A stretch of 64,000 nucleotides of DNA from Pseudomonadota bacterium. GTDB lineage: Bacteria; Pseudomonadota; Gammaproteobacteria; Burkholderiales; Gallionellaceae. This document shows, piece after piece, positions 25,964 to 35,196 of this stretch. The position numbers were made by a program, and so were the translations under genes. The notes under the pieces are model-generated. The model did not search any database. It was given only the letters and a program-made list of their open reading frames with translations, and was not told the origin of the DNA. The stretch spans positions 67,615-131,614 of the forward strand of contig JAJZTF010000003.1 of assembly GCA_021821945.1 (NCBI GenBank), read 5' to 3'. Each line of letters begins with the position of its first letter. Position 1 is the stretch's first letter.

Positions 25964-28381
25964 TCAGGCTTGCGATCCAAGCAGCGGCTCCGGCTTGTGG
26001 ATGTGGTATCCTTGGGCGTAGTTCACGCCGATTTCCCGCAGTCTCTCCAGCGTGGCCTCGTTCTCGACGAATTCCGCGATGGTCTTGATGCCCATCACAT
26101 GGCCGATGTGGTTGATGGATTCCACCATCGCGAGGTCCACCGGATCGTTCGCCATGTCCTTGATGAAGGATCCGTCGATCTTCAGGAAGTCCACGTCCAG
26201 GTTCTTGAGATAGGAATAGGAAGACATGCCGCTGCCGAAATCGTCCAGCGCGAAGCTGCACCCGCGCGCCTTCAGGGCGTCTATAAATTCCATCGCCTGG
26301 CCTATGTTCGCGATGGCTGCGGTTTCGGTGATCTCGAGGCAGATCTGCTGGGCCGAGACGCCGGTCTGGTCGAACTGGTCCAGGAGGTATCCCAAAAACA
26401 GCTCGTCGCTCAGCGATTGCCCGGATATGTTGATCGAAAGCGAATTCGGGCGGTCGTTCCTGCCGAGCGGATTCGCCTTTAGCCATTCGAGGGAATTCTT
26501 GAACACCCAGCGGTCTATCAGCGGCATGATGCTGTAGCGTTCCGCGGCAGGGATGAAGGCCATGGGCGGCACGAGCGAGCCGTCCGTGTCCTCCATGCGC
26601 AGCAGGATCTCCGCGTGGTCTGTCGTGTTGTCCGGGGAAATGGGGACGATGTCCTGGCGGTAGAGGTGCAGGCGGTTTTCATCCATCGCCTTGTGTATCC
26701 TCGGCACCCACTGCATCTCGCCGTATTTCTTGCCGCGCCGCTCATCGCCCATGAAAACCTGCACGCGATTGCGCCCGCCGTCCTTGGCGACATAGCATGC
26801 CGCGTCCGCGGCACTCATCACCTCCGCGGAATTCTCGCTTGCGGAGGTCACGGGCACCAGGCCTATGCTGACGCCGACCTGGAATATCTTGTCGTCCCAA
26901 ACGAACCTGAAGTCTGAAATCAGGGTGAGGAAGGTTTCGGCAACCTTCTTGCCATATTCGACATCGCATCCCACGAGCAGAACGCCGAATTCGTCGCCTC
27001 CCAGCCTTGCCAGCACATCGTTCTTGCGTATCTTGTGGCTCAGCAGCACGGCCAGCTGGAGCAGGAGCTTGTCGCCTGCGCTGTGCCCGCAGGTGTCGTT
27101 GACGATCTTGAACTGGTCGAGATCCAGATAGAGCAGCACATGCTGCCGGCCTGTCAGCTTCGCATTCTCCAGAAGCTCGACCAGCCTGTTGTCGAATTCG
27201 CGGCGGTTGTAGAGGCCGGTCAGCGCGTCGTGCCCTGCCTGATAGGAGAGCTGGTAGGCGAGCTTGCGCGCCTGGCTCACGTCCTGGCAGACCATGACCA
27301 CGCCTATGATCCTGCCCTGGTCGTTGTGCATCGGGGCGGCGGTGGCCTCGATCGCGATCGATTCCCCGTCGCGGCGCAGCAGGGATGCGTGGGTGGAGAG
27401 GGTCTCGACCCGGTTGTTCTCGAGGCAGAGCTGAACGGGTGTCAGCAGGGGAAGTCCGCTGTTTTCCTGCACGATCTTGATGATGGCGTTGATGGGCAGG
27501 CCATGGGCATCGGCGTTTTCCCAGCCCGTGATGCGCTCCGCGACCGGATTCAGATACTGCACCTCCCCGTTCGCGTTGGTCGTGATGACCGCTTCCGCAA
27601 TGGATTGCAGCGTGACTTCGGCAAGTTCCTTCTCGCGGGACAAAGCCGCCTCGGAAGTGGTCGCGCGTTTGAGCGCCTCGCTCAAGTCCTTCTGCTGCAG
27701 GGCGATCGCATCCAGCGCCTTGTTGATGAATTTGGAAAGGAATCCGAATTCGTCCCGGTTGGTTTCATCGAAACGGGAATCCGGATTGCCTTCGGCGAAG
27801 GCCTTTGCGGTCGCGACCATCCTTGAGAAGGGTTGCGAGAGCAGCCTGTTGAGTATCTGCTGAATCACCAGCGCATAGACCACGACCATGACGCCTATCG
27901 CGGTCAGTATCTCCTTGCGCTGTTTCGAGAGCGTGTCCTTGAGTTTGGGAAAGTAGGCCTTCAGCGTGACATCCACATCCTGCGAATTCGGCGGTCGGAT
28001 GTGCAGGGTGCGCGTGATGGAGTCCTGTGCTCCGCGCGTGTTGCCGATCAGCAGGGTGTCTCCCTGGCTGTCAAGTTCGATGGCCTCGAAGCGGGATCTT
28101 GTCTGCAGATCCTTGATGACTTGTTCCAGCTTCTCGCGGTTGCTCTGCAGGAGGGGGAGGGAGGGGTGCTGCTGCAGCACGTCCTCTATCTTCATTTCTG
28201 CGATGATCGTGTCGTCTTCCTGGAGTGCCGAGCGCTCGCTCTTCTTTCCCTGCATGATGAAGAGCGCGATCAGAACGCCGACCAAGAGCGTTCCCCAGAA
28301 GACGATGCCAGTGATCTTGGTTGGCAAACTGCCCGAATCGGATGCTGCTTCGATCCTGGTGGCGTTTGCCAGAGGGGTCAT
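25964..28381 (-). CDS. Membrane sensor HAMP-PAS-GGDEF-EAL protein (c-di-GMP turnover)
   Basis: 805 aa. It has two TM segments flanking a periplasmic region, a PAS domain, RLGGDEFGVLL, an EAL-domain signature EILLR, and EITE and DDFG motifs. Confidence 0.85.
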   Translation of the reverse strand: MTPLANATRIEAASDSGSLPTKITGIVFWGTLLVGVLIALFIMQGKKSERSALQEDDTIIAEMKIEDVLQQHPSLPLLQSNREKLEQVIKDLQTRSRFEAIELDSQGDTLLIGNTRGAQDSITRTLHIRPPNSQDVDVTLKAYFPKLKDTLSKQRKEILTAIGVMVVVYALVIQQILNRLLSQPFSRMVATAKAFAEGNPDSRFDETNRDEFGFLSKFINKALDAIALQQKDLSEALKRATTSEAALSREKELAEVTLQSIAEAVITTNANGEVQYLNPVAERITGWENADAHGLPINAIIKIVQENSGLPLLTPVQLCLENNRVETLSTHASLLRRDGESIAIEATAAPMHNDQGRIIGVVMVCQDVSQARKLAYQLSYQAGHDALTGLYNRREFDNRLVELLENAKLTGRQHVLLYLDLDQFKIVNDTCGHSAGDKLLLQLAVLLSHKIRKNDVLARLGGDEFGVLLVGCDVEYGKKVAETFLTLISDFRFVWDDKIFQVGVSIGLVPVTSASENSAEVMSAADAACYVAKDGGRNRVQVFMGDERRGKKYGEMQWVPRIHKAMDENRLHLYRQDIVPISPDNTTDHAEILLRMEDTDGSLVPPMAFIPAAERYSIMPLIDRWVFKNSLEWLKANPLGRNDRPNSLSINISGQSLSDELFLGYLLDQFDQTGVSAQQICLEITETAAIANIGQAMEFIDALKARGCSFALDDFGSGMSSYSYLKNLDVDFLKIDGSFIKDMANDPVDLAMVESINHIGHVMGIKTIAEFVENEATLERLREIGVNYAQGYHIHKPEPLLGSQA

Positions 28382-28758
28382 TTACAGCCGACCTTCTTCA
28401 TTGCGATGAGCCCGGGGCAGACATCGCTCGCACCCGCGCCGAAGATCACGAATGCCAGAAACCAGGGGACGAACCAGAGCGGTTCGGAGAAGAAGGCATA
28501 GGTCAGGAGGAAGGTCAGGCCTATCATCAGGCGCCAGACCCGCTCGGCCTCGACCGGTATCCTGCACTTCGAATTCGAATTGACATCCACCTTCGGGGAT
28601 ATGCCGCGCAGCCTGTTGATCAGAAGCGGAACGCGCCAGTTGGTGATCCCCTCGAAGATCATCAGCGCGATCAGGAAATAAATAAGATAGTTGATGCCGA
28701 AGTAAAGCGCGACCAGCATTGCGCTCCCATAGATCAGTCTGTACATCCGGTCCGTCAT
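28378..28758 (-). CDS. Small membrane protein, DUF2892/YgaP-TM-like
   Basis: 126 aa with four hydrophobic segments. The C-terminal GAGASDVCPGLIAMKKVG resembles the DUF2892 G-x-C-P motif. Its stop overlaps the GGDEF-EAL gene start by 4 nt. Confidence 0.45.
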   Translation of the reverse strand: MTDRMYRLIYGSAMLVALYFGINYLIYFLIALMIFEGITNWRVPLLINRLRGISPKVDVNSNSKCRIPVEAERVWRLMIGLTFLLTYAFFSEPLWFVPWFLAFVIFGAGASDVCPGLIAMKKVGCK

Positions 28759-28851
28759 GTCTCCTCCCCCATGTTTTGCCGCCTTTCCGGCGGTCTGTTA
28801 TGTGTCATCCCGTTTAAGGACAAACCATCATACTATTTAACCGCGCAACGC

Positions 28852-29622
28852 TCAAGCAGCCGGAAGGCGCAGCACGGACATGGCGTTTTCGCCCGTGGCG
28901 AGCACAAGCTTCTCCGGGGAAATCATGCGCAATCCGGCCAGGATTTCCGCAATGCGGGGCAGGTATTCCGGCCTGTTCGGGTTGGGGCGCGCGAGAAACG
29001 AGGGCGGCATGTCCGGCGCATCGGTTTCCAGCACGATGCTGGAAAGGGGCAGTTCGCGGATGAGGCTGTGCAGCCGGGTGGCCCTCGAATAGGTCGCGGC
29101 CCCGCCGAAACCAAGCTTGAACCCGAGTTTGATGAATTCCCGGGCCTGATGCATGCTGCCGTTGAAGGCATGGGCGATGCCGCCCCTGACCCTTATCCTG
29201 CGCAAATGCTTGAGCACCCGGTCCTGGGACCTTCTGACATGGAGCAGCACGGGAAGGTCGAATTCGCGCGCGAGTTTGAGCTGTTCTGCGAAATAGTATT
29301 CCTGCCTCTCCTCGTCGCGATTCTCGACGAAGAAATCGAGGCCGATCTCGCCTATCGCGACGGGATTTTTTTTTGCAAGGTATTCGCGAAGCACGGCGAG
29401 GTCGTCAATCCTGGCATGATCGACATACATCGGATGTATGCCGTAGGCCGGGAGGCAGTCCGGGAATCTCGCGCAAAGAGTGTAGACGGTTTCGAAGTTG
29501 GCGCGCTCGACCGAAGGCACGATGATGCGCCCGACACCGGCTATTCTGGCCGAACTGATGAGTTCGGCCTGGTTGTCGCCAAATTCGGCCGCATCGAGAT
29601 GGCAGTGGGTGTCGATCAGCAT
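28852..29622 (-). CDS. TatD-family metal-dependent hydrolase
   Basis: MLIDTHCHLD start, plus GEIGLD and HAF motifs. Confidence 0.85.
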   Translation of the reverse strand: MLIDTHCHLDAAEFGDNQAELISSARIAGVGRIIVPSVERANFETVYTLCARFPDCLPAYGIHPMYVDHARIDDLAVLREYLAKKNPVAIGEIGLDFFVENRDEERQEYYFAEQLKLAREFDLPVLLHVRRSQDRVLKHLRRIRVRGGIAHAFNGSMHQAREFIKLGFKLGFGGAATYSRATRLHSLIRELPLSSIVLETDAPDMPPSFLARPNPNRPEYLPRIAEILAGLRMISPEKLVLATGENAMSVLRLPAA

Positions 29623-29624
29623 CT

Positions 29625-30599
29625 TCAGTCCATGGTCAGGATGATCTTGCCCATGACGCCACCGGCCTCGATCAGCCTGTGGGCCTCTTCAGCCTCTTCC
29701 AGGGGAAGGCGGTGCGAGACCAGCACGCCGAGTTCCCCCGCCTTGATCTGGCGCGCGCATTCCTCGAGTATTTTGCGCTGGCGGATGCGTTCCTCATGGA
29801 GATTCATGATGTCGGGGGGCGGCATCATCTCAAAAAAGATGGAGAGATTGCGCAGTCTGGCGAGCTCCGCGCCTTCGGGGGATGGGGAAAGCAGGGTGAC
29901 GATACTGCCGCCGATGCACGCGGCATTCATGGACCGCAGGAAAGTTGCTCCCCCCATCGTGTCGTACACGACGTCGACGCCTTTCCCATCGGTCCACTTC
30001 ATCGTCTCTTCGACGAAGTCCTGTTCCTTGTGAAGGATGATCTTCTCGGCGCCCAGCGCGTGCACCAGGCCTGCCTTCCTTTCGTCGCCCACGGTGACGG
30101 CGATTCGCGCGCCCATGCTGTGCGCCATCTGCAGTGCAACATGCCCGGCTCCGCCTGCGGCATCGTGTATGAGCACCGTCTGCCCCCTTTCGATGTTTGC
30201 GCGTTCCTTCAGGGCATTCCGGCCGGTGATGCAGACGAGCGGTAGCGCTGCTGCGTCCTGAAGCGGGATGTTGCATGGGCTTCTTGCGCAGTAGTCTTCG
30301 TGCAGCGTCGTGTATTCGGCATAACACCCAGGCTCGCTCCCCAGTCCTCCGTTGCAGAAATACACCGCATCGCCGATCCTGAACCGGGTAACCTTGCGCC
30401 CGGTGGCAACTATGATGCCGGCCCCGTCGCAGCCCGGTATCGCGGCGTCCCGAAGATATGGCGCGCGCGGCTTCACATCCATGGGGTTGACGCCTGCTGC
30501 AGCCAGCCTTACCAGCAGGTGGTGTTCGGATGGAAGTGCGGGCTTTTCAATGTCGGAAATCTGCAGCGCGCCGGCTGCATCCCTCAGTATGGCTTTCAT
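29625..30599 (-). CDS. Zinc-type alcohol dehydrogenase-like NADPH:quinone oxidoreductase
   Basis: 324 aa, MDR superfamily, with an AAGGAGH nucleotide-binding loop. Confidence 0.75.
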   Translation of the reverse strand: MKAILRDAAGALQISDIEKPALPSEHHLLVRLAAAGVNPMDVKPRAPYLRDAAIPGCDGAGIIVATGRKVTRFRIGDAVYFCNGGLGSEPGCYAEYTTLHEDYCARSPCNIPLQDAAALPLVCITGRNALKERANIERGQTVLIHDAAGGAGHVALQMAHSMGARIAVTVGDERKAGLVHALGAEKIILHKEQDFVEETMKWTDGKGVDVVYDTMGGATFLRSMNAACIGGSIVTLLSPSPEGAELARLRNLSIFFEMMPPPDIMNLHEERIRQRKILEECARQIKAGELGVLVSHRLPLEEAEEAHRLIEAGGVMGKIILTMD

Positions 30600-30663
30600 C
30601 GTCAGTCGGGATTTTTGCAGTCAGGCTATGTTAAACTCTGGACAATTTTTTTGCGAGACACCC

Positions 30664-31764
30664 ATGTCAGGAAATACATTCGGCACGCTCTTCACCGTCA
30701 CTTCTTTCGGCGAATCCCATGGCAAGGCGATAGGCTGCGTGGTCGACGGGTGCCCGCCCGGGATGGCGCTGGCCGAATCGGACATACAGTTCGATCTCGA
30801 TCGCAGGAAACCCGGCACATCCCGCCATGTCACCCAGCGCCGCGAATCGGACAGCGTCGAAATCCTCTCGGGCGTGTTCGAGGGCAGAACCACGGGCACG
30901 CCGATCGCGCTGCTGATCCGCAACGAGGACCAACGCAGCAAGGACTACGGCAACATCAGCGAGACCTTCCGTCCCGGGCATGCCGATTACACCTATACGC
31001 AGAAATACGGCTTCAGGGATTACCGCGGAGGAGGCCGCTCTTCCGCGCGGGAAACCGCGGTGCGGGTCGCCGCCGGCGCGATCGCGAAGAAATGGCTCAA
31101 GGAGCGTCATGGCATCGTGATACGCGGCTATCTCTCGCAGATCGGCGAAATCGAGATGCCCTTCAGGAGCTGGGATGGCGTGAACGACAATCCCTTCTTC
31201 TCCGCCGACCCCGATCTGGTGGCGCCGCTCGAGGACTACATGGATGCGCTGCGCAAGTCCGGAGACTCGGTGGGGGCCAGGCTCACGGTGGTCGCCGAAA
31301 ACGTGCCCGTCGGCTGGGGGGAGCCGGTATACGACAGGCTGGATGCGGAGATCGCATATGCGCTGATGGGGATCAATGCGGCCAAGGGAGTGGAGATAGG
31401 CGCGGGCTTTGCCTCTGTCATGCAGAAGGGGACGGAGCATGGGGACGAGATGACGCCGGAGGGATTCCTCTCCAACAATGCAGGCGGCATACTGGGCGGC
31501 ATCTCGACCGGACAGGACATCGTCGCCCGCGTTGCGATCAAGCCCACCTCAAGCATCCGCCTGCCACGCCGCTCCATCAATCTTCAGGGTGAGCCCGTGA
31601 TGGTGGAGACGCACGGGAGGCATGATCCCTGTGTGGGCATACGCGCAACCCCGATTGCCGAGGCGATGCTCGCACTCGTGCTGATCGACCATGCGCTGAG
31701 ACACCGCGCGCAGAATGCGGATGTAAGCTGCGATACCCCGAAAATACCCGCGAGGCCGAAATGA
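30664..31764 (+). CDS. aroC: Chorismate synthase
   Basis: Internal Met of ORF 30352-31764. [20 protein letters not shown] and [10 protein letters not shown] are canonical. Confidence 0.95.
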   Translation: MSGNTFGTLFTVTSFGESHGKAIGCVVDGCPPGMALAESDIQFDLDRRKPGTSRHVTQRRESDSVEILSGVFEGRTTGTPIALLIRNEDQRSKDYGNISETFRPGHADYTYTQKYGFRDYRGGGRSSARETAVRVAAGAIAKKWLKERHGIVIRGYLSQIGEIEMPFRSWDGVNDNPFFSADPDLVAPLEDYMDALRKSGDSVGARLTVVAENVPVGWGEPVYDRLDAEIAYALMGINAAKGVEIGAGFASVMQKGTEHGDEMTPEGFLSNNAGGILGGISTGQDIVARVAIKPTSSIRLPRRSINLQGEPVMVETHGRHDPCVGIRATPIAEAMLALVLIDHALRHRAQNADVSCDTPKIPARPK

Positions 31765-32231
31765 TCGAATTTGCGACGATAGTCACGCTTTCCATCCTGT
31801 TCCTGATCTTCTTCCGCCCGGGCAAGACGCCTCCCCTCGAGAATCCGCTGGTCATCGAGCGTCCCGGGCAATACCACATGACGCTCGCGCCCCAGCTGAA
31901 TCTCGCCCAGCCGTTTGTCGAGGAACTGGCAGGCCGCCTGGGCGGCATGGCTGCATCGGATTGCGATACGGTGTATTTCGAGGTGAAGGACAGGCAGGTC
32001 GCTGCCCACGGCTTCGATTTCTATCTGCTTGCGATCACGCGGAGAAACGGCATGCTGCTTTTCCAGGCGGCACGCCCCTCCTCCAAAGGTGGCGATCAAG
32101 TCGAGACCATCAGGGAGTTTGCAGAGGGCGTGCTGAAGCGTTTTCCCGGGGAGGGGAGGCGATGCGACGAAATCGCCGAAATCGCGATTCAGGCGGCAGG
32201 GGACAGGGGAATCGGGATCAGGACGCTCTGA
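31761..32231 (+). CDS. Hypothetical protein with an N-terminal TM segment, translationally coupled to aroC
   Basis: 156-aa ORF. Its ATG forms an ATGA overlap with the aroC stop. I recognise no family. Confidence 0.45.
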   Translation: MIEFATIVTLSILFLIFFRPGKTPPLENPLVIERPGQYHMTLAPQLNLAQPFVEELAGRLGGMAASDCDTVYFEVKDRQVAAHGFDFYLLAITRRNGMLLFQAARPSSKGGDQVETIREFAEGVLKRFPGEGRRCDEIAEIAIQAAGDRGIGIRTL

Positions 32232-33911
32232 TCAGTCGGCCACATGCTGGTATAGCCTGTACTGTTCGTCCTTGTCCGCCTTGCGGCTTCCTTCCCATAT
32301 CTTCCTGTACTGGCTCTCGTCCATCAGCGGGCGGGATATCCTGGTGCCCTGGATCAGGCGCAGCTCGCAGATGCGATCCGGGTCCCGCCTCGTGACGATG
32401 CCCCCGAAGTACTGCAGCATCGCACGTTGCCCCTCTCCAAGCGTCGTGTTGCGGGCTATGCAGTTGTACTTTTCGGGCATTGCCTGTTTCAGCGATGCGA
32501 TCATGTTGCGATAGCTCTTTCCGCTGTCGAGCCAGGGCAGCCATAGCGTCATTGCCAGCACCCAGATCAGCGTGATGCCCGCAGCCCAGTTCACCACCGC
32601 ACGGCGCATAGATCGCCCGATCCGCCACACCAGCAGTATCCAGAGCAGCGTTGCGGCAAGGGCCAGGCCAAAGGGCCAGGCGCGGAAGGCTGGTTCGAAG
32701 CCCGGCTGGTAGTCCTTCAGCCATCTCGTGATCTTTGCATGGTTGTCCAGAAGCAGGCCCGCCCATCCCCACCACATCAGGATCGCGATCAGCGCAAAGG
32801 TCATGAGGCCGAATGCGTCCAGCGCGTTTGCGGCCCCGCGCTTCAGCATGGTAAGGGAGGCGGTCGCGAGCAGGGTCAGGGGAAGCAGCATCGGCAAGGC
32901 GAAGACCTCCCTGATATGGGGGGCGAGGCTCAGCACGAAAAACATCACGAGAAAGCTGACCAGGGGCAGTTGCAGGTCGTCCCTCTGCATCAGCCTGCGG
33001 CGCTCGCGCCATATCGTCCATCCTGCAAGAGGAAGTGCCGGCCATGCGAGCCAGGTCAGGTTCTTGAGATAGTAGAAGGTGTCCTTGCCGGGCCCGGCCT
33101 TCATGTAGGCAAGCCAGTTGCCGATGTTGTGCTGCCATGCCCATTCATGGAAGAGCCCGGGCGAGCGTTCATGGAGGAGATAAGGCCAGATTGCGAGCCA
33201 GGGAAGCGCGAAGAGAACTGCCGTGCCCATGCTCTTCGCATATTCGCGCCTGCGCCAGCTTGGAAAAAGGGCCGGCAGAACCGGCGCGATCAGCAGAAAC
33301 GTCACCGGGGATACGAAGCCCTTGGACATGAAGCCGATGCCGCAGCCCGTCCCCATCCAGATGCCGGCGCGCAGCCACTTTTCCTGGCTGTGCGCATAGC
33401 CATAAAGCATCATCGAAAATCCTGCGAGCAGCGCAAGGTCGGTGATCATCTGGTGCGCGCGCACCAGCATGCCAAGGCAGCCTATCAGGATGATCGCGGC
33501 GGCCCAGCCGCGGTTCTCCCCGTAAAGCTTGCGTCCTGTAAGACCCAGAAAGAGCAGCGTGAGGGCGGTATAGAATCCGCTGGCCAGCCTGGCTGCGTCA
33601 TGCAGGGGCAGAAGTCCAGAAAAGAGACGCGCAGCAAGCGCCGCGGTCCAGTAATAGAGCGGCGGGTTGGCCATGGACGGTTCGCCGGCGAGCATGGGGA
33701 CCAGCCAGTCATGGCTCTGCAGCATCGAATAGACAAGGCCGAAGCTGTATGCGTCGTCGGGTTTCCATGGGTCATGGCCGATCAGGCCCGTGCCCAGCCA
33801 GACCAGGCAGAGCATGCCCAGCATCGCGGCCTTTGCGGGGGTGATGGGATGCGGGTCTGTGGGCTTGATGAAATACATGTTTTGCGAGGGCCGAAAACAC
33901 AAGGGCAGCAA
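32232..33911 (-). CDS. Glycosyltransferase family 39 (ArnT/PMT-like, polyprenyl-phosphate-sugar dependent)
   Basis: 559 aa, polytopic. The N-terminal motif GHDPWKPDDAYSFG is typical of ArnT-like enzymes. Confidence 0.75.
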   Translation of the reverse strand: MLPLCFRPSQNMYFIKPTDPHPITPAKAAMLGMLCLVWLGTGLIGHDPWKPDDAYSFGLVYSMLQSHDWLVPMLAGEPSMANPPLYYWTAALAARLFSGLLPLHDAARLASGFYTALTLLFLGLTGRKLYGENRGWAAAIILIGCLGMLVRAHQMITDLALLAGFSMMLYGYAHSQEKWLRAGIWMGTGCGIGFMSKGFVSPVTFLLIAPVLPALFPSWRRREYAKSMGTAVLFALPWLAIWPYLLHERSPGLFHEWAWQHNIGNWLAYMKAGPGKDTFYYLKNLTWLAWPALPLAGWTIWRERRRLMQRDDLQLPLVSFLVMFFVLSLAPHIREVFALPMLLPLTLLATASLTMLKRGAANALDAFGLMTFALIAILMWWGWAGLLLDNHAKITRWLKDYQPGFEPAFRAWPFGLALAATLLWILLVWRIGRSMRRAVVNWAAGITLIWVLAMTLWLPWLDSGKSYRNMIASLKQAMPEKYNCIARNTTLGEGQRAMLQYFGGIVTRRDPDRICELRLIQGTRISRPLMDESQYRKIWEGSRKADKDEQYRLYQHVAD

Positions 33912-33949
33912 ACGCCGCCCTTAGATGTGCTGCCGCAGGATTTCCGCCC

Positions 33950-34162
33950 TTAAGCTGTCTTGGCTGCGTACTTCTGACGGAACTTGTCGATGCGGCCCGC
34001 GGTGTCGACGATCTTCTGAGTGCCGGTGTAGAAAGGGTGGCATTCCGAGCAGACCTCGATGTTCAGCGCGTTCTTGGCCATGGAGGAGCGTGTCTTGAAG
34101 CTGTTTCCGCAGCTGCAGGTCACGGTGATTTCGTGATAATCGGGATGGATGGTGGCTTTCAT
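33950..34162 (-). CDS. rpmE: 50S ribosomal protein L31 (zinc-ribbon type A)
   Basis: Internal Met of ORF 33950-34204. The sequence reads [22 protein letters not shown]...[10 protein letters not shown]. Confidence 0.95.
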   Translation of the reverse strand: MKATIHPDYHEITVTCSCGNSFKTRSSMAKNALNIEVCSECHPFYTGTQKIVDTAGRIDKFRQKYAAKTA

Positions 34163-34375
34163 TTCTTTTCCTTGCGGGTGAATGGGTGCGGCGGGTGTAC
34201 GCACCCGGGTTATAAGCTAGGCCGGGCATTATCCATGAATCCCGGGTTTGGCGCAAGCGCGCCATGCCATCAGCTGGAGTGCCTTGTTTGGCCTAACGAC
34301 GCATGTCATAAACTTCATCTTCGACGATCATCTTAAAATTCGAACGAGCTTCAGTTTCTGCGCATTCGGCATCGG

Positions 34376-35011
34376 CTACAAATCCATCGACGCCTCAAGC
34401 AGCGCTTTTGAAAACACCTCAACCGACTGTGCGCCAGATATACCGGTTTTCTCATTAAAGACGAAGAACGGTACGCTGGCAATGCCCAATTCTGCGGCGC
34501 GTGCTTCATTCGCTCGAACATCATCAGAATAAGTGCCGCTTTCCAGCATTGCCAGCACTTCATCTGCGGTCATGCCGAATTTTGGAGCAAGACGCGCCAG
34601 TGCCATTCGGTCGCTGACCACTAATCCTTCACAAAAATAGGCATGCATGATGCGCTCTGTGGCTTGGTCTGCAAGTTGCCGTGAAGCAGCAAAGTGCAGC
34701 AGACGATGAGCGTCGAAGGTATTGCCTGGGTGCGCTTCATTCAGGTGATATTCCAGCCCGACTTCCTTGGCAACTCCGGTCACGCGTTCAATCATTTCTT
34801 TAGCCTGCTGCGAACTGTAACCGTATTTGCGTGACAAATGCTCCTCCAGAGTCCCGGGATGCTGCGAAGGTGCGTTCGGGTCAAGTTCAAAACTACGCCA
34901 GATCACGCGTACACTATCTCGTTGCGAGAAGTCTGCAAGCGCCATTTCAAAGCGCTTCTTGCCGATGTAGCACCAGGGGCAAATCATGTCTGACCAGATT
35001 TCAACTTGCAT
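34376..35011 (-). CDS. DsbA-family thiol oxidoreductase (FrnE/HCCA-isomerase-like)
   Basis: Internal Met of ORF 34376-35044. MQVEIWSDMICPWCYIGKKRFE contains the CPWC active site. Local GC is about 52%, below the flanks. Confidence 0.8.
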   Translation of the reverse strand: MQVEIWSDMICPWCYIGKKRFEMALADFSQRDSVRVIWRSFELDPNAPSQHPGTLEEHLSRKYGYSSQQAKEMIERVTGVAKEVGLEYHLNEAHPGNTFDAHRLLHFAASRQLADQATERIMHAYFCEGLVVSDRMALARLAPKFGMTADEVLAMLESGTYSDDVRANEARAAELGIASVPFFVFNEKTGISGAQSVEVFSKALLEASMDL

Positions 35012-35088
35012 GGCATATTTTCCTTTCTGCGATCCACATGGCATCGTTGCTAACGGAACGATTATAGCCGCGTAATGCCCATCGGCGT

Positions 35089-35129
35089 CTTATAAAAGGA
35101 ACGCCACCCCAACGAATGGGATGGCGTCG
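35089..35129 (-). terminator. Rho-independent terminator downstream of the 35197 sensor gene
   Basis: The minus strand reads ACGCCATCCCA-ttcgt-TGGGGTGGCGT with one mismatch, followed by TCCTTTTATAA. Confidence 0.5.
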
Positions 35130-35196
35130 GTACTGCATCAGCGGTCTATGCCGCACGTCCCATATCGGGCTACGTTTCAGCTACGGTGCAGGTTGT

